Virus record (IMG/VR): IMGVR_UViG_3300037424_002673
Location: 1 to 42,224 of that record
Reading direction: 5' to 3' (one strand)
Length of the DNA stretch: 42,224 nucleotides
Source of the DNA: a virus
Lineage: Duplodnaviria > Caudoviricetes
The translations under genes were made by a program, and so were the position numbers. Under the pieces are notes generated by a model that was given only the letters and a program-made list of their open reading frames with translations, made no database searches and had not been told where the DNA came from. This document shows, piece by piece, positions 35,103 to 42,224 of this stretch (its first letter is position 1; each line of letters begins with the position of its first letter).

Positions 35103-35966
35103 ATGAATGCCAGTCGCAGAAACGCACAGAGACCACGCGAGGTCATCTCTCTAACCAACTACAGTCAGTTGGAGCTGTACCTCGCCAAATTCGCCGCAGG
35201 CAGTCTGGGTCTGGTTTTGCTCATCGGCCGTCATGGGACCGGCAAGAGTGAAAGCGTTCGCAGGAGTCTTGCGGGTGCCACTGGTTCGCCGCATTGCCCT
35301 GAAGACGGTTCCGCATCGGCGCTCTTCATTGAAGGCCATATGCAACCGTTCGGCTTGTACCGACACTTGTGGGAGTACCGCGATCATCCCGTCGTCCTCG
35401 ACGATCTGGATCGCCTCTACGCCGATCCCGACTGCGTGCGCCTGCTGAAGCCGCTATGCAACACCGTCCCCCAAAAGCGTCTGTACTGGCTGACCAACGC
35501 CACGATGAATGACGGCGGCGTGCCGGCCTCTTTCGCGACGAGCAGCCGCGTTATTTTGATCGCGAACGAGTGGAAGAGCCTCAACCCGAACGTGCGTGCA
35601 CTGGAAGATCGGGCCATCATCCTGCATTTCGACCCGCCCAATCACGAGGTGCATCGACGAGTCGGTGAATGGTTCGACGATGATGAGGTCTACGAATTCA
35701 TCGCCAGCATTCTGAACGCAATTCCAGCGGTTTCCATGCGGCACTACTGCAAAGGTTCGCAACTGCGGCACGCCGGGCTTCAGGATTGGCGCACCAGCCT
35801 TCTCCAGATGGTGATCTCTGACCCGCGTGCGGGATGTCTGCTCGCATTACAGCAGGACCAGTCCCTCACTGCCGAGAAGGAGCGTGTGGATCGGTTTGTT
35901 GCGGCGACAGGTTGTTCACGTGCCACGTACTTCAGGATGAAGGCGAAGCTAACCGATCCTAAGTAG
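35103..35966 (+). CDS. P-loop (AAA-like) ATPase with C-terminal HTH
   Basis: GRHGTGKS Walker A, VVLDDLD Walker B, ILIAN, ALEDR arginine finger, TGCSRATYFR. Confidence 0.8.
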   Translation: MNASRRNAQRPREVISLTNYSQLELYLAKFAAGSLGLVLLIGRHGTGKSESVRRSLAGATGSPHCPEDGSASALFIEGHMQPFGLYRHLWEYRDHPVVLDDLDRLYADPDCVRLLKPLCNTVPQKRLYWLTNATMNDGGVPASFATSSRVILIANEWKSLNPNVRALEDRAIILHFDPPNHEVHRRVGEWFDDDEVYEFIASILNAIPAVSMRHYCKGSQLRHAGLQDWRTSLLQMVISDPRAGCLLALQQDQSLTAEKERVDRFVAATGCSRATYFRMKAKLTDPK

Positions 35967-36013
35967 GCGAGACACGTCTCACCCGACGCTGATGTAGTAA
36001 CGCAGCAGCCACT

Positions 36014-37795
36014 TCATAGCATTGAGCCGTAGACACATTTGCATCTAGGGTCATACGATGGTCGGCCACACAACTTGCACGGCTCGTAATAAAGGCGTTC
36101 CTCTACCTGAATCCGAGGCGGGTTTAGCCGGACGTCGAAGTCTTGCGGTTGATGCTCATACCGCAATTCTCCGGGTACGAGCATGGGATCAGCACTGCTT
36201 GCCACATTCGGCCGAAGCGTGACCGCACCTTTCGGCGCGGGCTCGTCGTCTTCCTGCGGCTCATCCTCCGACTTGTCCTCGTTCGCCGGCTCATGCCCAT
36301 CCATGCCAACTGAAACACAGAATTCGAGGTCATGAATCTCACCGTGATCACGATGGCCGTTCATGAGCGAAACGGCCGTGGTGTGCAGGATCAGGTTCTC
36401 ATCGACCTCGACTCTCATCTGGAGCCGCTCGCGGAAAGGCTTCGCCGAAGAATCGATCTTGACGGTCATTGTCGCGAGCACCTTACGGATATCGTTGGGG
36501 CGCACCAGTCGTCCCGGCCGCTTTGGTGATACGATCTCGAACTTCGCGAAACCGTCTCGCGGGTCGACGCAATACAGGTCAAAATCATCGCCGCAGACAT
36601 CTCCCTGCATTGGCATCTTGGTATCCGCTTTCAACAGCGGCAAATAGGATTGTCGCGCAAGGGCGAGCTCAACAGTCTTCGCAAGCCGCAGCCCCGCCTT
36701 ATCGTGAGCGATCCAAGCAGCTCCAACAGAAATAGCCCCAGCGCCAGATTCAGGTAGGCGTACTCGCTGGGGGCCAAACCGCTCATGCAAACGTGACTGA
36801 ATGGCCGGCATATTCACCATCCCGCCCGTTGCAAGGCACAGTCCAATTTGAGGATGAGACAGCCGCGCGGCCTCCAGGAGGCGGTCAACACGATCGGTAC
36901 CGGCGTCAACGATGGGCTTTGTGGCTTCCTCGAGGAAGTGACGAGTTGCTCTGAAGTCTAGCGCGTCGTTCTCAACATCACGGAAGAAGTGGTCCACATA
37001 CACTTGGACGCTGTCCCGCTCAGACAGGTCGATCTTTGCACGTTCGCATTTTTGCAGCAGCCGTGCATTTGCGTCCGGATGGATCGATGCGCTGTCTGAA
37101 ACGGATTGTGCGTCGCGGCCAAGCCGAATCACCTCGTTCCTCAACGCATCGTCGAACCGGTCCCCACCCACCTCGTCGCTTCCATCATTCGCGATCTGGA
37201 GGATCATGCCGTTTTCGATGCGGCAAAGCGTTAGGTCGAGAGTGCCGCCCCCCCAGTCGAATACGAGGACGTGCCGGCGATCGTATCGGCGAAGGTTCTC
37301 CTTGACCCCGCCAGCTGAGCGGAAGTAGCCGTAGAGGGCGGCAAGTGGTTCGTGCACGTATTGGACGATGCGGATACCCGCCCGACTAAAGGCCTCGCGA
37401 AGCTTGGCTCGTCGTTGACCTTCGAAGGTGACGGGAATGGTTACTACAGCTGAATCGAGCGAGTCCAACCGACCTGATCGTCGTCCGAGCGTCTGGCGCT
37501 TGACTCCCTTGATTACATCCGCCACTACGTCAATCGTGCTGCGTTCGACTCCATCGACGTAGACCGAGTCATCCTGCAAGAGAATCTTGGGCGACCGTAC
37601 GATGTTTCCGTACACTCCAAGACCAGCGTCTTCGAGTCGGTCTTTTGCCTCTTTGCCAACAATGATGTCGCCACCCTCGTAGCAGACGACGGAGGGGATC
37701 GGCAGCCCCCCGTCGAAATGACTGATCGGACGATTACCGTCGATGTGCGAAACCAGACTGTTCGTGGTCCCGAAATCAAATCCTACCGTCGTCAT
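36014..37795 (-). CDS. Divergent Hsp70-family protein with C-terminal Cys cluster
   Basis: GFDFGTTNS, HEPLAA, FDWGGGTLD, GGDRFD, ERAKIDLS, TGG, GAA. Ends CKLC...CKC. Confidence 0.9.
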   Translation of the reverse strand: MTTVGFDFGTTNSLVSHIDGNRPISHFDGGLPIPSVVCYEGGDIIVGKEAKDRLEDAGLGVYGNIVRSPKILLQDDSVYVDGVERSTIDVVADVIKGVKRQTLGRRSGRLDSLDSAVVTIPVTFEGQRRAKLREAFSRAGIRIVQYVHEPLAALYGYFRSAGGVKENLRRYDRRHVLVFDWGGGTLDLTLCRIENGMILQIANDGSDEVGGDRFDDALRNEVIRLGRDAQSVSDSASIHPDANARLLQKCERAKIDLSERDSVQVYVDHFFRDVENDALDFRATRHFLEEATKPIVDAGTDRVDRLLEAARLSHPQIGLCLATGGMVNMPAIQSRLHERFGPQRVRLPESGAGAISVGAAWIAHDKAGLRLAKTVELALARQSYLPLLKADTKMPMQGDVCGDDFDLYCVDPRDGFAKFEIVSPKRPGRLVRPNDIRKVLATMTVKIDSSAKPFRERLQMRVEVDENLILHTTAVSLMNGHRDHGEIHDLEFCVSVGMDGHEPANEDKSEDEPQEDDEPAPKGAVTLRPNVASSADPMLVPGELRYEHQPQDFDVRLNPPRIQVEERLYYEPCKLCGRPSYDPRCKCVYGSML

Positions 37796-38961
37796 GCATT
37801 CTTCCCCTCAGACAGTGATCTCATTTCAGCCTTAAGTCCGCTTATAGCTCGCTCCGCATGGTCGTCCATGACGTGCGTTTTGGGTGGGTCGCGCCTGAGT
37901 GCTAAAAGGCCTTCTTGCAGTAAGTCAACCTCAGCTTCCATCCGACGCGTGACTCGGGACCGCAACTGATCCATATCGTTCTCCGCATGCGTCATCGCGG
38001 ATTTGTGTTCCTGTTCGGCCTGCGTGAACTCCGCTTTGAGCCCCTCTATTGCCGACGAGAGGTGCTTGACTTGCTGCTCCAGTGCCTGCACCCTCACCTC
38101 CGAACTGGCAAGGGCGGATGCGGCCTGCCCTTCTCGTCGGGCTGCATCCTCAGCAAGTCTTGCTTGCTCGTCTGCCTCTACTGCGAATGCTGAGGCCGTC
38201 AAGCCGGCCGCAGCATGATCAGTCAGCTTGAGCAGTAGCTTCAACCTATCCACGGGCTTTCGTACCGAGCCAATCGCGCTCGACCATCGTCGCTTGTGGA
38301 GTTCGCGCACAATCGCCGGGAGGTCGGCTGAACCTAACTGGTTAAGCCACAGGACGACATTGAACAACAAGTTGTGCTGCAACTTGCCCTGCTCAGCCTT
38401 CTTCAAAGGCTTCTCGGATTCCACGGGCGGGAGAGATGCGATGTATCTGGTCTCGGCGGCGACCTCGAGGGCTTGCCAAGGAGATGTCCGTAAGTCCCGC
38501 GCCTTATGCAACAGGTCAAGTATCCTCGCTGACGCGGGATAGTGGTGGAGAATCGCGAGATACGTACGCTCGATCTGTCGCCACAAGGGAAGCACTTGGC
38601 GATGTGGAAGACCAGTTAGGAATAACTGTGCGGGTACGGCCATCACGCGATCTGACTTCGCCAAAGCCGGCACGACAGCGTCGAAGAACGCCGTCTCTGG
38701 CATCTCCTGCTCTGCCAGATGCAGAGCGTCCTTCTTGGTCAGCTTTACCACTTGTCCCTTGCGTGAATAAAGATGCCTTATGAGGTCTTCGAAGGTGTTG
38801 TACCTCGGGCTCTTGGCCTTGGAACCCGTTCGCGAAGGCGACGATGTGTGGCCGTCGGAGCTTTGCTTCTGCGAATTGGCACCTGAAGGTGTCGCTCGGT
38901 CACTACCGTCCTTTTGAGCCGGATGGCTGGCCAGTTCTGAACTATCCCATTGGTCTGTCAT
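37792..38961 (-). CDS. Hypothetical helical protein with C-terminal coiled coil
   Basis: Heptad-rich segment VQALEQQVKHLSSAIEGLKAEFTQAEQEH. ATGA overlap with the Hsp70 gene. Confidence 0.75.
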   Translation of the reverse strand: MTDQWDSSELASHPAQKDGSDRATPSGANSQKQSSDGHTSSPSRTGSKAKSPRYNTFEDLIRHLYSRKGQVVKLTKKDALHLAEQEMPETAFFDAVVPALAKSDRVMAVPAQLFLTGLPHRQVLPLWRQIERTYLAILHHYPASARILDLLHKARDLRTSPWQALEVAAETRYIASLPPVESEKPLKKAEQGKLQHNLLFNVVLWLNQLGSADLPAIVRELHKRRWSSAIGSVRKPVDRLKLLLKLTDHAAAGLTASAFAVEADEQARLAEDAARREGQAASALASSEVRVQALEQQVKHLSSAIEGLKAEFTQAEQEHKSAMTHAENDMDQLRSRVTRRMEAEVDLLQEGLLALRRDPPKTHVMDDHAERAISGLKAEMRSLSEGKNA

Positions 38962-38985
38962 ATCGCCTGCGGTACCTCTCTACAA

Positions 38986-40089
38986 CTACCCGCGTTCAAT
39001 CACCTCGAGTAATCCGCGCGCCGAGAGTTGCGGACTGTCCAAGTGATAGAGCTCGCGGGCGTGATTCCTAGCGTAGCCAACGTTGCCGCATTGGTAATGT
39101 ATTGCGCCAAGAATGATATGGCACTTTGTCTTGTCGAACTCAGCAAGCGGCTTGTGCGAAAATTCTTCAATCTCATCGACGTGTTGAGTAAGAGCCTCCA
39201 TATCCTGGCACATCCACGCAATAATGGACTCTGTGTCGGCATCCGTCAGTGCGCGATCGACGGCTGTTCTTTGCGCTGTAGGCCGAACCACAGGTGCAAT
39301 CCGTCCATCTCCCCAAGCCCGCAACCGCGCACTAGCAGCCGCTACGCGACTCGAGGAAGCGCGACACTCATCGCTCTGCAGAAGATTGAAGTTGAAATCA
39401 ACAAGACCAGATATATGGCGTGCTAGCGGGCGTTGGATGCCGTTGAGCGCGTCCACGGCGCGGTTCAGTTTGTCTCGGTACTGGTCGTAAGGTACATCAA
39501 TCGCACGGGATCGTTCCTTGGCAAGCACGCCGTAGAGGTACTCGCAGATGCCCCCACAGTAAGCCTCGGCGGTCCGAAACCGTTTGCTTGAGGTGATGAA
39601 ATGCTCAATGGCACGGCGATCGAGACGACCCTCCGACGCCGTGACGAGGAAGCAACGCTCCACACCTTCGAGGTCATCGGGTGTGGCGACCATGAAATGA
39701 ATGGTCTTCGGTGTTTTTGCTATATCACCCAACAGCACGATGCGAGCCGTGCCTTCACGATAACGCGATAGTGCCTCGCCCAGCGAACTCGCGGAAATTG
39801 CTCGGTCGTTGAGGATGGCGTTTTGTGTCGAGAGCACAGTGATGTCGGAGGGCGAGAGCGGGGTCTTGATCACCAGGGGCTGGGTGTTCACTTCAACACC
39901 ACGAATCAGGAGGCAGGGACGTTCAATGGGATGCGCTTCGAATCGGTGTGTTCGAAGCTTCTCCAATGAATCAAAGACGGCGTCACACTGGTCACAGCAG
40001 TAGCGAGGTGCTGGGGTATCGGTGACTTGGATGTCGCCCAAGCCGACTTCCTCGTGGAATTCAGCATAGCCCGTGTGCCAAAAACCCAT
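38986..40089 (-). CDS. Hypothetical protein with an N-terminal classical C2H2 zinc finger and a helical/TPR-like C-terminus
   Basis: YCCDQCDAVFDSLEKLRTHRFEAH. Start MGFWHTGY at 40089. Confidence 0.78.
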   Translation of the reverse strand: MGFWHTGYAEFHEEVGLGDIQVTDTPAPRYCCDQCDAVFDSLEKLRTHRFEAHPIERPCLLIRGVEVNTQPLVIKTPLSPSDITVLSTQNAILNDRAISASSLGEALSRYREGTARIVLLGDIAKTPKTIHFMVATPDDLEGVERCFLVTASEGRLDRRAIEHFITSSKRFRTAEAYCGGICEYLYGVLAKERSRAIDVPYDQYRDKLNRAVDALNGIQRPLARHISGLVDFNFNLLQSDECRASSSRVAAASARLRAWGDGRIAPVVRPTAQRTAVDRALTDADTESIIAWMCQDMEALTQHVDEIEEFSHKPLAEFDKTKCHIILGAIHYQCGNVGYARNHARELYHLDSPQLSARGLLEVIERG

Positions 40090-40126
40090 GTGCAAATCCC
40101 CGAACTAGCGCCCGTCTGAGCAATAA

Positions 40127-40156
40127 AGGATAACCGAATATCCTACCACGAGGCAA
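40127..40156 (-). promoter_or_regulatory. Possible promoter of the Hsp70 operon with overlapping palindrome
   Basis: TTGCCT-N18-TATCCT on the minus strand. AGGATA-N6-TATCCT inverted repeat at 40127-40144. Confidence 0.35.
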
Positions 40157-40187
40157 AATGCCCGGCCGACGTGAAGTCGGCACGGGC
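40155..40187 (-). terminator. Intrinsic terminator after the beta-propeller gene
   Basis: gcccggccgac-gtgaa-gtcggcacgggc hairpin followed by ATTTT on the minus strand. Confidence 0.55.
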
Positions 40188-40285
40188 GATTTCAGGGGCC
40201 GAGTTGGTGTGGTGACGATTACGTGCTGATCCAAGCCGAATGCAACCGTCAGCGGCCACAGCCGTCGCCACGACCCGGCAATCCA

Positions 40286-41461
40286 TCAGGGTACGGGGCG
40301 CATCGCCATCGCGTTGACGTACCCCGCCGTGCGCCACTCGCTGTACTCTTGGCCGTCAGGGCGAATGGCGATGACGTTGCGGTCGTGGCCGCCTGTTCCA
40401 AGCCCCTGCCCGCCGAGCACCAGGCCGCCATCCCCATCGCCGCAGAAGACGGTCGGATAGTTGTTCATGACGGTCACCGTGTCCAGAAGCGAGCCCGAAC
40501 CGAGGTTGAGTTTCTCGACGAGGACCGTGCCTGTCGCACTGTCATAACCGCCGATCCAGAACAAGTCGCCGGAGGCGGCCTGGCGGACGGGGAGGCTCGC
40601 CATTCGTCCCCAGAGAATGGAACCCCCCGAGCCGCTGAGCCGCCAGAGGTTGGCATTGGGGCCGCCCCACTCGCTGTTGGCATCACCATAGACGACAAAG
40701 TTGTCATCGCCATCGGCGCTGATGCGGATTCCATCGTAGGACATGAAGTTGCCTGCGCCGTTCTCCACGGGATTGCCATCGTCATCCACCACGACGCCTA
40801 GCTGTGTTTGCCAACTGACGGAGCCGCCGGTCGAAAGCTTGATGACGCCATATTCGGGATAGGGGTAACCGTAAGAGGTCGAGGAACCCAGGGCCAGGCC
40901 GACGCCGGTGCCGCTCACCGCGACGCCCTGAATCAAGGTGGGATAAACGACTTCGTGCATCCAATATTCGCTGCCGCTGGCCCCATCGACCTTGTAAATC
41001 CGATTGTTGGATTGAAGGTACAGGTCATCGTTGCCGTCCACCCCGCGCAGATGGATCGGATAATTGACAGCGAGTGAAGCGACGTTTTTTGCCCACTGCA
41101 GCACCCCCGAGGCATTGAACTTCCAGAGATTCGCCACGGTCGAGCCGTTGCCGCCGACCCAGCTGGTGGTGCCATATCCGCTGAAATAGACATTGCCCTG
41201 CGAGTCGACCGCCGCACCCAACAGGGCCTGGCCCGAGTCGAAATGCCAGTCGTGACCATACGGATCGCGCAGGGCCATGCCGCTGGCGTAGCCGGTTTCG
41301 CCGACGTTGGGATCGCCCCACCAGGCATTACTGCGGTTGAAGGCGACGGCGAGATTCAAGGGGTAGCGCCTTCGACTGTAGAACTTGTACGACGAAGCAC
41401 TGGAACGGGTCACCAGTGCGTTACCCGCGCGCGATCGACAAACGCTATTGAAGTAGGTCAT
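40286..41461 (-). CDS. Beta-propeller repeat protein (PQQ/SBBP-like), possible virion or receptor-binding protein
   Basis: Repeated blades AVDSQGNVYFSG, KFNASGVLQW, KVDGASGSEYW, KLSTGGSVSW, RLSGSGGSILW. Start at 41461 (ATGA overlap). Confidence 0.7.
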   Translation of the reverse strand: MTYFNSVCRSRAGNALVTRSSASSYKFYSRRRYPLNLAVAFNRSNAWWGDPNVGETGYASGMALRDPYGHDWHFDSGQALLGAAVDSQGNVYFSGYGTTSWVGGNGSTVANLWKFNASGVLQWAKNVASLAVNYPIHLRGVDGNDDLYLQSNNRIYKVDGASGSEYWMHEVVYPTLIQGVAVSGTGVGLALGSSTSYGYPYPEYGVIKLSTGGSVSWQTQLGVVVDDDGNPVENGAGNFMSYDGIRISADGDDNFVVYGDANSEWGGPNANLWRLSGSGGSILWGRMASLPVRQAASGDLFWIGGYDSATGTVLVEKLNLGSGSLLDTVTVMNNYPTVFCGDGDGGLVLGGQGLGTGGHDRNVIAIRPDGQEYSEWRTAGYVNAMAMRPVP

Positions 41462-42224
41462 TGCGGCACCATCGCCCAGGCCCGGCCATCCATATTGGGG
41501 TCGATCAACGTCAGCTCCCGCTCCGGGCTGCCCCCAGGCAATCCTTCGCTGGTGAATACGCCCGTGCCCGACACCTCCCACGCGTAAAACTCGGTCCGCC
41601 CCACGCCGCCCGCCGAGATGGTGGTGCGGTATGGCGGGACGATCTCCTGGTGCTCGACCAGGCCGGCGCTGTTGGTCACGGTGCGGGCGCTGACGCCGGA
41701 CGCGGTGACCGTCAGTCCAAGCTGATCCACCAGACCGTTGAACGGCGTCTGCCGCAGTTCGAAGGGCTTGGCGACGTAGTACGTGCTGCCCAGACTTGTG
41801 CCATCCCACGCCCGGCAGACGAGGTAATCGTTGCGCACCGTCGTCACCACCAGGCGCAGCAGCGCGCTGCCGCTGCCGAAACGCACGATCGCATCGACGG
41901 TGCCGGTGCCACCGGCCGTCCAAAGGATCTGGGCCTGCCCGCTGCCGGATCGCAACTGGCCGGTCTGGCCATTGTCGACGTCGGCGCGCGTCTCGGTGCC
42001 GCTGGTCATGATGACGCGGGCGATGGTGACGCCGCTGATGGCCGCGCGGCCGATGGCCCCGGCGGCAATGGGAGCCTGAGCGATGACGAAGCGGCCGGCG
42101 TGGGCCACGATGGTGGGCGTCACACCCTTCAGCGCCACCTGCTGCGCGAAGGCATCGGCGTGATCGTCCGGCGACACGATCGGACCATCGATGCCCAGCA
42201 CGCCAAAGCGCGGTACAGGGACGC
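41458..42224 (-). CDS. Hypothetical protein (5' end outside the window), probable phage structural/tail-region protein
   Basis: Open to the window edge, G/A/T/V-rich beta composition, coupled to the propeller gene. The structural role is an inference. Confidence 0.55.
   Translation of the reverse strand, partial: VPVPRFGVLGIDGPIVSPDDHADAFAQQVALKGVTPTIVAHAGRFVIAQAPIAAGAIGRAAISGVTIARVIMTSGTETRADVDNGQTGQLRSGSGQAQILWTAGGTGTVDAIVRFGSGSALLRLVVTTVRNDYLVCRAWDGTSLGSTYYVAKPFELRQTPFNGLVDQLGLTVTASGVSARTVTNSAGLVEHQEIVPPYRTTISAGGVGRTEFYAWEVSGTGVFTSEGLPGGSPERELTLIDPNMDGRAWAMVPQ

Larger units (their letters stand above)
1..42224. mobile_element. Interior of a prophage-like/integrative element (or tandem elements) with a defence island
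   Basis: Phage replication genes, two serine recombinases, R-M, CBASS and pAgo are present and no core genes are seen. Boundaries are not resolved. Confidence 0.7.

Noticed and set aside
36014-37795. Housekeeping dnaK
   Set aside because: Divergent motifs (HEPLAA, TGGMVNMP), an atypical C-terminus, no dnaJ/grpE, and an accessory context.

Overview
A high-GC, gene-dense window with no housekeeping genes. It looks like the interior of a prophage-like or integrative element carrying a large defence cargo; a Planctomycetota-like host is my impression of the gene set and is not shown by the sequence. Left to right: (1) 1-8957 (-): phage-type replication/recombination operon (RecD2-like helicase, ERCC4 nuclease, DUF669 protein, AAA_24/Sak4-like ATPase, PD-(D/E)XK nuclease), a sigma-70-family gene and two hypotheticals. 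(2) 9206-11068 (+): divergent sigma factor / small acidic protein / ImmA-IrrE peptidase triad. (3) 22743-11122 (-): one tightly coupled operon in which a type I R-M system (half-size hsdS-like, hsdM, hsdS, hsdR, M48-family gene) contains a CBASS (patatin, CD-NTase, E2+SEC-C) and an MBL hydrolase. (4) DUF2924 + large serine recombinase module. (5) A fused SIR2-APAZ-short Argonaute gene bracketed by 42-bp imperfect direct repeats. (6) A GAGAC-rich non-coding junction. (7) A second serine recombinase with two ParB-like genes, a repeat protein and a P-loop ATPase. (8) A three-gene operon of a C2H2-zinc-finger protein, a coiled-coil protein and a divergent Hsp70, the best candidate for an undescribed system. 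(9) The end of a probable virion-structural operon. I saw no CRISPR array, rRNA or intact tRNA. All family calls come from motif recognition by eye, not database searches.
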